A stretch of 64,000 nucleotides of DNA from Bacteroidales bacterium (GCA_035269575.1 DATFIZ010000036.1:5185-69184); one strand, 5' to 3'. Positions 45,706 through 57,041 are shown, counted from the first letter of the stretch. Translations and numbers: made by a program. The notes: generated from the letters alone by a model not told the origin.

Positions 45706-47788
45706 ACGATTTCATCTTTTAAATTCCGTTTTGATGGTATTAATTTTATGGGGTATCAATGATAAAACATTTGCCCAAACCGAACCTTTCAACAAACAAA
45801 CCATTGAAGACCTGATTGAAGAAATAGCTACATCAACTGATGAAGAGCTTGACTATACAACACTTTACGACAACTTAACCTTTTATTTATATAATCCTCT
45901 AAATATCAATACAGCAACGCAGGAAGAACTTGAAAAACTTCATTTGTTGAACGACTTTCAGATAAAAAGCCTTCAGGACTATATTTCCAGAAACGGAGAA
46001 ATGGTTTCTCTCTATGAACTTCAATTGGTGCACGGATTCTCATTGGATCAAATTGAAATGATTCTGCCTTTTGTATCTGTTTCTGAAGAAATAACCCAAA
46101 GAAAAACTTCAATCAAAAATATTTTAAAATACGGCAACAATCAAATTTTTATCCGCGCTCAAAATGTATTAGAAGAACAGGTTGGGTACAGTTCTATTTC
46201 AGATTCATCCCTTGCAGTCAGCCCGAACTCAAGATACTTGGGAAGTTCATACAGAATTTACTCACGTTACAAATTTCAATACAGAGATAAAGTGTATTTC
46301 GGATTTACCGCAGAGAAAGATCAGGGCGAAGAGTTTTTCAAAGGAAATAACAAACAAGGTTTTGATTATTATTCTGCCCATCTACAAATAAATAATATCG
46401 GTATTTTTAAAACAATAACATTGGGAGACTTTGAGGCTAAATACGGGCAGGGACTGGTTTTATGGTCGGGCTTTGGAATGGGCAAATCACCCTATGTTTT
46501 AAATATAAGAAAAAGAGTCCAGGGACTGAGAAAATACTCCTCAACAAACGAAAATCTTTTTATGCGTGGTGCAGGAACAACTGTTGCCATTAAAGACTTT
46601 GATATATCTACCTTTTTATCCTATAAAAATATAGATGCAAACATTCAGGATAGTGTTGACAATGAAATTGCCACGGTAACATCATTCCAGAATACAGGAA
46701 TACATGCAACACCTTCTCAAATGGAGGATAAAGATGCAATTCGAGAAAATATCGTAGGAGGAAATATAACCTATAATCATACAAAATTTAAAGTAGGTAT
46801 TACGGGCGTATATTATAATTATGGGGCCGAACTGGTAAAAGACATTACACCCCAGAACCAATTTTATTACAAGGGCAAAGAAAATACGAATCTCAGCCTG
46901 GATTACCAGTTCAGTTTCCGGGATTTTTACTTTTTTGGAGAGGAGGCTATAAGCCAAAACGGAGGAAAGGCATTTTTAAATAGCATGATGATTAACCTGG
47001 CTCCGCAAATATCATTTTCAGCTTTACACAGGCACTACGACAAAAACTATCAGGCAAACAACAGCAATGCTTTTGGCGAAACCAGTAATGTTCGTAACGA
47101 ATCGGGATTATATCTCGGCCTTGAAGTACACCCGATAAAAAACTGGAAAATATCATCTTACTTTGATACATACCGTTTTTTGTGGTTAAAAACCGGGGTT
47201 GATGCCCCGTCGCAGGGTAATGAGTGGTTTGTTCAGGCTGATTATAACCCAACGCGCAACGTTAGTATCTACCTCAGATTAAAAAATGATATGAAACAAA
47301 AAGATAGAAATGCAGCAACAGGGATTGACGAGTTGGTGGATGAAAAGTTACTAAAAACACGTTTACACATAGCGTACCAGATTAATCAACGGTTTGCCCT
47401 TAAAAGCAGGGTAGAAACGACGAAATACCAAACAGATAATCAAGCAGCTGAATATGGATATATGATTTATCAGGATATTTTTTATGATCTACTAAAAATA
47501 CCATTATCTCTCAATACACGTTTTGCTGTTTTTGATACTGAATCGTATAACACCAGGATTTATGCATACGAGAGTGATATATTATATGCCTTTTCCATTC
47601 CGGCATATTATTCAAAAGGAACCCGTTTTTATTTTAACCTTAAGTATACTTTAGCTGAATTTATTGATTTATGGATTAGATATTCACAAACATTTTACGC
47701 TGATAAAAATGTCATTTCATCAGGGCTAAATCAAATTAACGGGAATACAAAATCGGAAATCAAGGCCCAACTACGTTTTAAACTCTAA
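45695..47788 (+). CDS. Outer-membrane beta-barrel-like protein with N-terminal ComEA-type helix-hairpin-helix module
   Basis: Signal peptide ending TFAQ. LNINTATQEELEKLHLLNDFQIKSLQDYISRNGEMVSLYELQLVHGFSLDQIEMILPFVSV follows the ComEA HhH pattern. The remaining ~560 aa are rich in alternating aromatic/polar strands. Overlaps the upstream gene by 11 nt. Confidence 0.7.
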   Translation: MVFKRFHLLNSVLMVLILWGINDKTFAQTEPFNKQTIEDLIEEIATSTDEELDYTTLYDNLTFYLYNPLNINTATQEELEKLHLLNDFQIKSLQDYISRNGEMVSLYELQLVHGFSLDQIEMILPFVSVSEEITQRKTSIKNILKYGNNQIFIRAQNVLEEQVGYSSISDSSLAVSPNSRYLGSSYRIYSRYKFQYRDKVYFGFTAEKDQGEEFFKGNNKQGFDYYSAHLQINNIGIFKTITLGDFEAKYGQGLVLWSGFGMGKSPYVLNIRKRVQGLRKYSSTNENLFMRGAGTTVAIKDFDISTFLSYKNIDANIQDSVDNEIATVTSFQNTGIHATPSQMEDKDAIRENIVGGNITYNHTKFKVGITGVYYNYGAELVKDITPQNQFYYKGKENTNLSLDYQFSFRDFYFFGEEAISQNGGKAFLNSMMINLAPQISFSALHRHYDKNYQANNSNAFGETSNVRNESGLYLGLEVHPIKNWKISSYFDTYRFLWLKTGVDAPSQGNEWFVQADYNPTRNVSIYLRLKNDMKQKDRNAATGIDELVDEKLLKTRLHIAYQINQRFALKSRVETTKYQTDNQAAEYGYMIYQDIFYDLLKIPLSLNTRFAVFDTESYNTRIYAYESDILYAFSIPAYYSKGTRFYFNLKYTLAEFIDLWIRYSQTFYADKNVISSGLNQINGNTKSEIKAQLRFKL

Positions 47789-49521
47789 ATCTCTTGTTTC
47801 TTTCCTCTTCTTACTTTCATATCTTTTATATTCAGCTGCATAGAAGTAATACCTCTAAAACAATTTTCATCCACCGAGTAACAGATATCAAAAAAGTCTC
47901 CCGAATGTATATAGTCGTATTGATTTGCCTGCTGAAAAGCGATGGCTGCAAAATTCCTAAAAGGATCCTTTTCCTGAATTAACGATAGTTTTAAATGTTC
48001 TTTACTAACACCGACAATTCGTCCTTCTCCATTATCTGCCACATCGTGAGTTATAAAAACCGGAGCCATATTTTCAGGGCCAAAAGGTTGAAACTGTTTT
48101 AAAATACGGTTAAATTTAGGGGTTATATCATTAAGGTTCAACTCAGCATCTATCTCAACCTGAGGGATAAGCTGATCTTTGGTAATGGTTTCGCTAACCA
48201 CCTTCTCAAAACGTTCGCGAAATTCATCCACTTTATTAATTTGTAACGTTAACCCCGCGGCATACATGTGTCCGCCAAAATTTTCCAACAAATCGCTGCA
48301 TGCTTCAATCGCCTGGTAGATATCAAATCCGATAACCGATCTTGCTGAACCGGTAGCAAACCCGTTTGATTGGGTCAAGACTATGGTTGGCCTGTAATAG
48401 GTTTCAATTAATCGTGAAGCTACAATGCCCACAACTCCTTTATGCCAATCCGGATGATATAAAACCGTCGTCTTTCTCTCTCCCATCTCCTGTTCTTGGG
48501 CTAGTATTCTTAAAGCTTCCTGGGTAATATGACGGTCGATATTTTTGCGTGCATCATTAAAATAGTTTACACTATTAGCAGCAGTTCTTGCTTTTGCCGA
48601 ATTCTTTGATAATAATAATTCAACTGCTTTATCTGCAGACTCCATTCTTCCGGCCGCATTAATTCTTGGCCCAATTTTAAATACAATATCATCAATACTA
48701 ATAGTCTTTCCTTTCAACCCCGCGAGATTTATTATTGATTTTAATCCTTGCCTGGGTTTTTCATTTAGCTGAATTAACCCATAGTAAGCTAAAATTCTGT
48801 TCTCATCAACAATGGGAACAATATCCGACGCGATGCTAACTACCACTAAATCAAGATACGTAATTAATTTTTCAAAAGGGATATTATTTGTTCTGGCATA
48901 AGCCTGAATCAGTTTAAACCCGACTCCACATCCGGACAATTCTTTAAAGGGATAGTTGCAATCGCTACGCTTAGGATCAAGCACAGCTGTTGCACAAGGC
49001 AGTTCATTGGCAGGGTAATGATGATCACAAATAATAAAATCGATACCCTGTTTCCGGGCGTATTCTACTTTTTCATTTGCTTTTATTCCACAATCCAAAG
49101 CAATTATTAACGAATAATTATTTTCCTGTGCATATTGAACACCCTGTGTAGAAACCCCATATCCCTCACTATACCTGTCGGGGACATAATAACCAACATT
49201 ATCATAAAAATCTTTTAAAAAGGTATATACTAAGGCAACGGATGTTGTTCCATCCACATCATAATCGCCATATATTAAGATATTCTCATTATTTTGAACA
49301 GCCCTCTCAATGCGATCAATAGCCAGGTTCATATCCTTCATTAAAAAAGGATCATACAAATTTTCAAGGCTTGGACGAAAAAATGCTTTCGCCTGGTCAA
49401 ATGTTTTAACTCCCCTTTGAACCAAAAGAGTTGCTAAAACAGGTTCTATATTTAATTCTTTGGCTAATTTCTGTACGTCTTCTTCATTGCCCTGTGGTTT
49501 TAGTACCCATCTTTTTTCCAT
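47785..49521 (-). CDS. recJ: Single-stranded-DNA-specific exonuclease RecJ
   Basis: IYGDYDVDGTTS, LDCG, ICDHH, GGHMYAAG. Confidence 0.95.
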   Translation of the reverse strand: MEKRWVLKPQGNEEDVQKLAKELNIEPVLATLLVQRGVKTFDQAKAFFRPSLENLYDPFLMKDMNLAIDRIERAVQNNENILIYGDYDVDGTTSVALVYTFLKDFYDNVGYYVPDRYSEGYGVSTQGVQYAQENNYSLIIALDCGIKANEKVEYARKQGIDFIICDHHYPANELPCATAVLDPKRSDCNYPFKELSGCGVGFKLIQAYARTNNIPFEKLITYLDLVVVSIASDIVPIVDENRILAYYGLIQLNEKPRQGLKSIINLAGLKGKTISIDDIVFKIGPRINAAGRMESADKAVELLLSKNSAKARTAANSVNYFNDARKNIDRHITQEALRILAQEQEMGERKTTVLYHPDWHKGVVGIVASRLIETYYRPTIVLTQSNGFATGSARSVIGFDIYQAIEACSDLLENFGGHMYAAGLTLQINKVDEFRERFEKVVSETITKDQLIPQVEIDAELNLNDITPKFNRILKQFQPFGPENMAPVFITHDVADNGEGRIVGVSKEHLKLSLIQEKDPFRNFAAIAFQQANQYDYIHSGDFFDICYSVDENCFRGITSMQLNIKDMKVRRGKKQEI

Positions 49522-49539
49522 ATATAATTTTCATATTTT

Positions 49540-50253
49540 TTACTTTTTTAGGTTCATCCCGAATACTTCTTTAATCTTTAATTTTAAAACATCTTTTACC
49601 TTCTCGTAATCAACCTTTTTCCCCAACTCCTTCTCCATTGATGTTACTCCCTTGTCTACAAATCCACAAGGATTAATATGATTAAAATATTCGAGATTGG
49701 TGTTCACATTAAATGCAAATCCATGCATGGTAATAAACCGGCTTGCTTTAACACCAATTGCACAAATTTTGCGGGCGTTGGCATTGTCGGCATCCAGCCA
49801 AACACCTGTTGCACCCGTCAACCTTCCGGCATAAATTCCAAACTCTTCCAGCGTTAGAATTATTGATTCCTCCAATTTAGCAATATATTGTTTTACCTGC
49901 AAGTTAAATCTTTCCAGATCAATTATCGGATATCCGACAATTTGTCCGGGGCCATGGTATGTAATATCTCCACCACGATTAATTTTATAATACGTGGCAT
50001 TAATTTTTTTTAGGAACGCATCACTAATTAATAAGTTATTTTGTTGTCCGCTTTTTCCCAAGGTATAAACATGCGGGTGCTCACAAAGTATCAATTTATT
50101 ATCTATAGGCACCTGCTTATTAGCTGGCAAATCCCTGTTTTTGGCTTTGATCTGTAAAAAGTCGGAAAAAATTTCTTCCTGGTAATCCCAGGCTACTTTA
50201 TAATCAACCAAACCTAAATCGATATACTGAACATCAATACTTTTCATTTTCAA
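49540..50253 (-). CDS. lipB: Lipoyl(octanoyl) transferase
   Basis: CEHPHVYTLG, RGGDITYHGPGQ, KICAIGV. Confidence 0.93.
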   Translation of the reverse strand: MKMKSIDVQYIDLGLVDYKVAWDYQEEIFSDFLQIKAKNRDLPANKQVPIDNKLILCEHPHVYTLGKSGQQNNLLISDAFLKKINATYYKINRGGDITYHGPGQIVGYPIIDLERFNLQVKQYIAKLEESIILTLEEFGIYAGRLTGATGVWLDADNANARKICAIGVKASRFITMHGFAFNVNTNLEYFNHINPCGFVDKGVTSMEKELGKKVDYEKVKDVLKLKIKEVFGMNLKK

Positions 50254-51125
50254 TTACTCTGTTTAACATGTTTTTCAGCCTGATAAGAAGATCTTACCAA
50301 CGGGCTGCTTTCAACAAACCGGAATCCTTTTTCCAATCCTGCCTCCCGATATTGGTCAAATTTCTCTGGTTCAACATACTCTTTTACAGGCAGATGATTT
50401 GCTGAAGGGGCTAAATATTGTCCAATGGTCATTACTTCACAGCCCACAGCGATTAAATCATCCATGGTTTGTAAAACTTCCTCTTCCGACTCACCTAACC
50501 CAAGCATTATTCCTGACTTTGCAGTAATTCCCGACCGGGAGATATATTCTAAAACGCTGAGACTTCTTCTGTAACGTGCTTTAGTCCTTATTTGTGAAGT
50601 TAATCTTTCGGTTGTTTCCAGGTTGTGCGAAATAACTTCAGGCTTAGCATCAATAACCTTTTGAATAAACTCTCCATTCCCGTCAAAATCAGGGATAAGG
50701 GCTTCAATGGTTGTATCAGGATTAACCTCCTTAATTTTCATTATTGTTTCTGCCCAAAATGCAGCACCTCCATCATTAAGGTCATCACGGTCTACTGAAG
50801 TAATTACACAATGCTTAACATTCATTAAACGAACCGATTCGGCAATCCTTTTAGGTTCATCCCAATCGGGAGGCAACGGTTTGCCTGTTTTTACCCCACA
50901 AAATTTACATGAGCGGGTACATATATCCCCTAAAATCATAAACGTTGCGGTTCCCCGGTTCCAGCATTCACCAATATTCGGACAATTGCCACTGGTACAA
51001 ATCGTATGTAAATGATATTTTTCAACAATATTTTTTACTTTCGAATAAGATTCTCCTTTAGGCATTTGCATCTTCATCCATCGTGGTAATCTACGCCTGT
51101 TATTTCTTCCGGAATCCATAATCAC
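50250..51125 (-). CDS. lipA: Lipoyl synthase
   Basis: TICTSGNCPNIGECW and CTRSCKFCGV cluster motifs. The codon at 51125 is GTG, with an alternative ATG at 51119. Overlaps lipB by 4 nt. Confidence 0.95.
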   Translation of the reverse strand: MIMDSGRNNRRRLPRWMKMQMPKGESYSKVKNIVEKYHLHTICTSGNCPNIGECWNRGTATFMILGDICTRSCKFCGVKTGKPLPPDWDEPKRIAESVRLMNVKHCVITSVDRDDLNDGGAAFWAETIMKIKEVNPDTTIEALIPDFDGNGEFIQKVIDAKPEVISHNLETTERLTSQIRTKARYRRSLSVLEYISRSGITAKSGIMLGLGESEEEVLQTMDDLIAVGCEVMTIGQYLAPSANHLPVKEYVEPEKFDQYREAGLEKGFRFVESSPLVRSSYQAEKHVKQSN

Positions 51126-51158
51126 AGAATATTTAATCCTTCATTTTTAATTATCATA

Positions 51159-51166
51159 CAAAATTA
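51159..51166 (-). promoter_or_regulatory. -7 box (TAATTTTG) for lipA-lipB(-recJ)
   Basis: Exact TAnnTTTG on the minus strand, about 34 nt upstream of the lipA start. Confidence 0.45.
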
Positions 51167-51333
51167 AATTATTCTAAATAAAAACAGGTATGATTTATGA
51201 TTTTATCCATAAGACCAGCTAAAGCGGCCTAAAATTCAACACTTTATATTTTTATTAAATACATATAATCAATAACTTGTTCAAAATTAATATATTGATC
51301 TATCTATACATCCATAAATTAATGATTAAATTA

Positions 51334-51341
51334 TATCTTTG
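51334..51341 (+). promoter_or_regulatory. -7 box (TATCTTTG) for lysS-gpsA-pgi
   Basis: Exact TAnnTTTG 41 nt upstream of ATG 51382. Confidence 0.45.
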
Positions 51342-51381
51342 TACCGTTTTTTACAAATACCATTTAATACTAAAATAATAT

Positions 51382-53121
51382 ATGATGAACTTAGAGTTGA
51401 GCGAACAGGAAATAATTCGCAGACAATCATTAGAGGAGTTGAAAAAGTTAGGGATTAACCCCTATCCTGCAGAAGAATTTGAGAGCAATACAAATTCACA
51501 GGAAATATTATCCCATTATGATACGAATAAGAACAATTTTCAAGATGTAAGTATTGCCGGCCGAATCATGAGCCGCAGAATAATGGGTAATGCCTCATTT
51601 ATTGAACTACAGGATGATAAAGGAAAAATTCAGGTTTACATTAAGCGTGACAACCTATGTCCTGATGAAGATAAGACACTTTATAATACGGTATTTAAAA
51701 AATTATTAGATATTGGTGACATCATTGGTATTAAAGGAAATGTTTTTGTTACAAAAGTAGGAGAAACGTCAGTAAATGCCACAGAGCTAACACTGCTAAG
51801 CAAATCGATAAAACCTTTACCGGTAGTAAAAGAAAAAGATGGTAAAATATATGATGCTTTTTCCGATGCAGAACAGCGTTACCGCCAACGTCATCTGGAT
51901 TTAATTGTGAATCCTTCGACCAAAGAAGCTTTTGTAAAAAGGACAAAGCTAACCAATTCGATGCGTGGGTTTCTAAACAACAAAGGGTATCTGGAGGTTG
52001 AAACACCTATTCTTCAACCTCTTTACGGAGGAGCAGCTGCGCGTCCATTTAAAACATTCCATAACACATTAGATCAAACCTTATATTTACGTATTGCTAA
52101 CGAACTTTACTTAAAACGACTAATTGTAGGTGGTTTTGAAGGGGTCTATGAATTTGCCAAAGATTTCCGCAACGAAGGGATGAGTCGTTTCCATAATCCG
52201 GAATTTACCCAGATGGAGCTTTATGTAGCCTATAAAGATTACAACTGGATGATGGATTTAGTGGAAGAGATGGTGGAAAAAATCGCTATTGACATTCACG
52301 GAACAACAAAAGTAAACGTCGGCAACCACGAAATTGATTTTAAACGTCCATGGAAAAGATATACTATGTTCGAGGCTATTGAAGAATTTACCGGAATAGA
52401 TATTTCGGAGATGGACGAAAAGAAACTGGCCAAAACCGCTAAAAATCTTGATGTGGAAATTGATGAAACGATGGGCAAAGGGAAGCTTATTGATGAAATT
52501 TTCGGAGAAAAATGTGAGTCAAAACTTATACAACCCACTTTTATAACCGATTATCCCATCGAAATGTCTCCGCTAGCAAAAAAACACCGAAGCAAAGAAG
52601 GGTTGGTTGAACGTTTCGAAGCCATTTGTAATGGAAAAGAAATTTGCAATGCCTATTCGGAGCTAAATGACCCCATCGACCAGCGCGAACGTTTTGAGCA
52701 ACAATTAATCTTAGGTAAACGGGGTGATGAAGAAGCCATGGTGCTAGACGAAGATTTCTTACAAACCATTGAATATGGTATGCCGCCAACAGCGGGACTG
52801 GGTATTGGAATCGACCGCTTAACGATGATCATGACCGATTCACCATCGATTCAGGATGTATTATTTTTCCCGCAAATGCGTCCCGAAAGAAAAGCACAAA
52901 AAGATGAACCGGCAAAATATATGGAGCTCGGAATCCCTGAAGAGTGGGTGCCTGTTGTTCAAAAATCGGGTTATTTAACCGTAGAAAGTATGATGGATGT
53001 TAATCCGGGAGCTTTGCATCAAAAGTTATGCGGAATCAATAAAAAACATAAATTGGGATTAAAAAACCCCAGTCAGGAAGACGTAAAAAACTGGATTGAA
53101 AATATGAATAAAACAGCATGA
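51382..53121 (+). CDS. lysS: Lysine-tRNA ligase (class II) with C-terminal extension
   Basis: Anticodon-binding OB region, then RQRHLDL, FRNEG and GLGIGIDRL motifs. About 70 extra C-terminal residues. Confidence 0.95.
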   Translation: MMNLELSEQEIIRRQSLEELKKLGINPYPAEEFESNTNSQEILSHYDTNKNNFQDVSIAGRIMSRRIMGNASFIELQDDKGKIQVYIKRDNLCPDEDKTLYNTVFKKLLDIGDIIGIKGNVFVTKVGETSVNATELTLLSKSIKPLPVVKEKDGKIYDAFSDAEQRYRQRHLDLIVNPSTKEAFVKRTKLTNSMRGFLNNKGYLEVETPILQPLYGGAAARPFKTFHNTLDQTLYLRIANELYLKRLIVGGFEGVYEFAKDFRNEGMSRFHNPEFTQMELYVAYKDYNWMMDLVEEMVEKIAIDIHGTTKVNVGNHEIDFKRPWKRYTMFEAIEEFTGIDISEMDEKKLAKTAKNLDVEIDETMGKGKLIDEIFGEKCESKLIQPTFITDYPIEMSPLAKKHRSKEGLVERFEAICNGKEICNAYSELNDPIDQRERFEQQLILGKRGDEEAMVLDEDFLQTIEYGMPPTAGLGIGIDRLTMIMTDSPSIQDVLFFPQMRPERKAQKDEPAKYMELGIPEEWVPVVQKSGYLTVESMMDVNPGALHQKLCGINKKHKLGLKNPSQEDVKNWIENMNKTA

Positions 53122-54113
53122 GTCAGGAACCTAAAATAGCAGTATTAGGTGGTGGTAGCTGGGCGACAGCAATTATTAAAATGCTGCTCGAAAATACCAA
53201 TCATATTCATTGGTATATGCGAAGCAAAGAAAAAATTGAGTTTATCAAACAACATAAACACAACAACTTTTATTTAAGCGCTGTTTCCCTCGACACTCAG
53301 AAAATTTCATTTTACAGCAATTTAAGTGATGCTGTGGAAAATGCAGATATTCTTATTTTTGCTATACCATCTGCTTTTCTTAAATCGGCACTGGAAAACT
53401 TATCCAATGACATAAGCCATAAAACCATCGTTTCTGCTATAAAAGGAATTGTTCCTGATGAAAATCTAATTATTGGGGAATTCTTCAATCAACATTATCA
53501 GGTTCCTTTCGATAATTTTTCAGTAATTTCCGGCCCATGTCATGCTGAGGAAGTGGCCTTTGAACGGTTATCGTACCTTACCATAGCTTCGCAAAATTTA
53601 AAAATTGCCCGCCAGATTGCCGATTTATTATCTACGCATTATATCAAAACAAGTATTTCGGACGATATTTACGGAACGGAATATTCGGCAGTTTTAAAAA
53701 ATGTTTTTGCTATTGCAGCAGGTATTTGTCATGGATTGGGCTATGGCGACAATTTTAATGCAGTTCTTATTGCCAATGCCATACAGGAGATAAAACGATT
53801 TGTAGATGCTGTGCACCCTATTCAACGAGACATTAAAGGCTCAGCCTATTTAGGCGATTTAATGGTTACTGCATATTCTCAATTTAGCCGGAACAGAACC
53901 TTTGGAAATATGATTGGAAAAGGCTATTCTGTAAAATCAGCACAATTAGAAATGAATATGATTGCCGAAGGTTATTATGCTGTAAAATCAATCGTTGAAA
54001 TCAACAAAAGATATATAGTAAACATGCCCATTACCGAAGCTGTTTACAACATTCTGTACGAAAAAATTTCTCCTGCAATAGAAATAAAGTTACTTACTGA
54101 AAATTTACGATAA
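53118..54113 (+). CDS. gpsA: NAD(P)H-dependent glycerol-3-phosphate dehydrogenase
   Basis: [13 protein letters not shown]...SGPCHAEEV...LKNV.AIA.G. Start overlaps the lysS stop. Confidence 0.93.
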   Translation: MSQEPKIAVLGGGSWATAIIKMLLENTNHIHWYMRSKEKIEFIKQHKHNNFYLSAVSLDTQKISFYSNLSDAVENADILIFAIPSAFLKSALENLSNDISHKTIVSAIKGIVPDENLIIGEFFNQHYQVPFDNFSVISGPCHAEEVAFERLSYLTIASQNLKIARQIADLLSTHYIKTSISDDIYGTEYSAVLKNVFAIAAGICHGLGYGDNFNAVLIANAIQEIKRFVDAVHPIQRDIKGSAYLGDLMVTAYSQFSRNRTFGNMIGKGYSVKSAQLEMNMIAEGYYAVKSIVEINKRYIVNMPITEAVYNILYEKISPAIEIKLLTENLR

Positions 54114-54125
54114 AAATTGTTTGCA

Positions 54126-55466
54126 ATGAAAAACATTCAAATCGACATACGTAATATTTTGCCTTTTATTCAATCGGAAAAATTAAATGTCTACAAAACG
54201 CTGATTAAAGAAAAAGTGCAAATGCTAGATGAAAAAACCGGCAAAGGAAACGATTTTCTTGGTTGGTTAGACCTTCCGAAGAATATTACTCAACAAGAAA
54301 TGGATGATATCAAAAATACCGCTACGGATCTACAAAAAAAATCAGATGTAATTGTGGTTATAGGAATCGGAGGATCTTACCTCGGTTCAAAAGCAGTTAT
54401 TGAAGCACTTTCCGGGCATTTTAAAAAAAGAACTTCATCTCCAGAAATAATTTTTGCCGGACATAATCTATCAGAAGATTATCATTACGAATTAGCAGAA
54501 TATCTAAAAGATAAATCTTTTTCCATTATTGTAATTTCTAAATCAGGAACCACAACCGAACCAGCGATAGCATTCAGGATTTTAAGAAAAGAACTCGAAG
54601 AAAAAGTAGGGAAAGCTGCATCGCAAAAAAGAATTGTTGCCATAACCGATGCAGAAAAAGGAGCCCTAAAAACATTAGCAACACAGGAAAATTACAAAAC
54701 GTTTACAATTGCCGACGACATTGGGGGACGGTATTCGGTATTAACTCCTGTAGGGCTATTACCTATTGCTTGTGCAGGATTTAATATCGAAGAGCTTATT
54801 AACGGAGCTAAAAAAATGCTTGAGATTAGCAATACAGCTCCATTTGACAAAAATCCGGTTTATCAATATGCGGTGAGCCGTCAATTGCTTTATCAAAAAG
54901 AAAAAAACATTGAAATCCTTGCTAACTATGATTTACGCTTAAACTTTATTGCCGAATGGTGGAAACAATTATTTGGCGAAAGTGAAGGAAAAGAGCATAA
55001 AGGAATTTTTCCGGCAAGTGTTAGCTTTACAACCGACCTGCATTCATTAGGTCAATATATTCAGGAAGGACGAAGAAACATCTTTGAAACCGTTATGTCG
55101 ATTGAAGAAAACAATTTTACATTAGAAATACCTTCTGACAAAGATAATTTTGATAAACTCAACTATCTGGCAGGTAAGCCCATTGACTTTGTGAATAAAA
55201 TGGCTGATAAGGGCACTATGCTGGCCCATATCGATGGAGAAGTGCCCAATATATCAATTACAATACCCCGGCTTAACGAGTTCTTTATTGGGCAATTATT
55301 ATATTTTTTTGAAAAATCATGCGCTATCAGTGGATATTTTTTAGAAATCAATCCATTTAACCAGCCAGGAGTTGAAGCCTATAAAAACAATATGTTTGCT
55401 TTACTGGGAAAACCCGGATTTGAAGAAAAATCAAAAAAGATGAGACAACGAATAGAAAAAAAATAA
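54126..55466 (+). CDS. pgi: Glucose-6-phosphate isomerase (short type)
   Basis: VVIGIGGSYLGSKA, ISKSGTTTEP, DIGGRYSVL, GESEGK. Confidence 0.93.
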   Translation: MKNIQIDIRNILPFIQSEKLNVYKTLIKEKVQMLDEKTGKGNDFLGWLDLPKNITQQEMDDIKNTATDLQKKSDVIVVIGIGGSYLGSKAVIEALSGHFKKRTSSPEIIFAGHNLSEDYHYELAEYLKDKSFSIIVISKSGTTTEPAIAFRILRKELEEKVGKAASQKRIVAITDAEKGALKTLATQENYKTFTIADDIGGRYSVLTPVGLLPIACAGFNIEELINGAKKMLEISNTAPFDKNPVYQYAVSRQLLYQKEKNIEILANYDLRLNFIAEWWKQLFGESEGKEHKGIFPASVSFTTDLHSLGQYIQEGRRNIFETVMSIEENNFTLEIPSDKDNFDKLNYLAGKPIDFVNKMADKGTMLAHIDGEVPNISITIPRLNEFFIGQLLYFFEKSCAISGYFLEINPFNQPGVEAYKNNMFALLGKPGFEEKSKKMRQRIEKK

Positions 55467-55470
55467 AAAA

Positions 55471-55899
55471 TCAACTTTTTATCTCAACATTAATTTTAGA
55501 TAATTTCTCGTTAATAAGTACCATTTTATTCATATTCCCAAACGAAAAGAAATCCTGTTTATCGTTAAGGAAGTAGTATATCTTTAAAGTATTCTTAAAA
55601 ACTTTCTGGCTTTGCCTTAAATCATTCTGTTCTAGCAAGATATCGCCATGTTCACTTAATAATTCGGCTAAAGTTGATAATTGCCCGGATGTCAATTTCT
55701 TTTTCTGTTTTAATGCATCCATAAAAAAGTCTTCGGAAACAGAGAAAACAAAATCAGAATCCAGATGGAAATATTCCAAAAGTGTTTTATCAATCTTTTC
55801 CAACGCTTCGCGAAATCGTCCTTTCCTTTTTAATTCAATTAAAAAAGAAAGCACTTCCGAAACTTCATCGATAAGTTTTAAAACTTCATTATTATCCAC
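55471..55899 (-). CDS. Hypothetical all-helical cytoplasmic protein
   Basis: 142-aa ORF filling the gap between pgi and the symporter gene. No recognisable motif. Coding status rests on length and position only. Confidence 0.55.
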   Translation of the reverse strand: MDNNEVLKLIDEVSEVLSFLIELKRKGRFREALEKIDKTLLEYFHLDSDFVFSVSEDFFMDALKQKKKLTSGQLSTLAELLSEHGDILLEQNDLRQSQKVFKNTLKIYYFLNDKQDFFSFGNMNKMVLINEKLSKINVEIKS

Positions 55900-56091
55900 A
55901 AGTTATGCCGGTTTATTTATTTTTTAACTAAAGCGAGGTTAGTAATGTAAATTTATAAATCTTAGCCTACAAAATCGAATGAAAAGTTATTTTTTTGATA
56001 AAACATTCAACATGTTTTATGAATAAATTAAGATTACAGATTAATATTCATTTCAAATTGTTTATTTTTACGCGCAACTAAAAAATGAATT

Positions 56092-57027
56092 ATGACTGGA
56101 AATTCTCTTGAAGTTTTAGATAAAATTCATCTCAATTTTAGTCAGGGTGGATTATTGTTTATGAATATTACACTGGCATTTATTATGTTTGGTGTAGCAC
56201 TTGAAATTGACTTTAAAAGTTTTAAAAAAATAATAAAAAAACCCAAATCATTAATCACGGGCGTTATCTCTCAATTTTTTTTATTGCCTTTTATCACGTT
56301 TATCTTTATTCTGATTATAGAACCTACACCTGCCGTAGCCTTAGGAATGATACTGGTATCTTCTTGTCCGGGAGGCAATATTTCAAATTTTATATCTTCA
56401 ATGGCCAAGGCAAATATTGCTTTATCTGTCAGCATGACTGCTGTAGCAACTTTAGGGGCCATTTTTATGACGCCTGTAAATTTCGCTTTTTGGGGTGGTT
56501 TATATGCAAAATCCCATCCATTATTAAGGCCCATTGAAATTGATCCGTTTCAAATGTTCCAAACGGTTTTTATTATTTTAGGAATTCCCTTACTCATAGG
56601 AATGCTATTTGCAAAAAAATTCCCCGAATTAACCAATAAAATCAAAAAGCCTATTAAAGTTCTCTCTTTATTAATTTTTGCCGGCTATGTTGTAGCTGCA
56701 TTATCCAATAACTTTAGTTATTTTATTAAATATATTCATCTAATTGCACTGATTGTTTTTATTCATAATGCATTGGCATTATTAACCGGTTTTACATTTA
56801 GTTCAATTCTAAAAGTTCCAAGGAGAGACAGACGTTCAATTTCCATAGAAACGGGTATTCAGAATTCAGGTTTGGGATTAGTGCTTATATTTAACCCCAA
56901 AATTTTTCCTCCCGAATTAGAATTAGGAGGTATGGCATTTATAGCTGCCTGGTGGGGTATCTGGCATATTGTTGCCGGAATAGGAATAGCCTCCCTTTGG
57001 TCCAGAAAAAAAATTGAGGAATCATAA
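56092..57027 (+). CDS. Bile acid:sodium symporter (BASS)-family transporter
   Basis: Polytopic membrane protein with the SSCPGGNISN signature. Confidence 0.88.
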   Translation: MTGNSLEVLDKIHLNFSQGGLLFMNITLAFIMFGVALEIDFKSFKKIIKKPKSLITGVISQFFLLPFITFIFILIIEPTPAVALGMILVSSCPGGNISNFISSMAKANIALSVSMTAVATLGAIFMTPVNFAFWGGLYAKSHPLLRPIEIDPFQMFQTVFIILGIPLLIGMLFAKKFPELTNKIKKPIKVLSLLIFAGYVVAALSNNFSYFIKYIHLIALIVFIHNALALLTGFTFSSILKVPRRDRRSISIETGIQNSGLGLVLIFNPKIFPPELELGGMAFIAAWWGIWHIVAGIGIASLWSRKKIEES

Positions 57028-57041
57028 ATTCATTTTATTTT

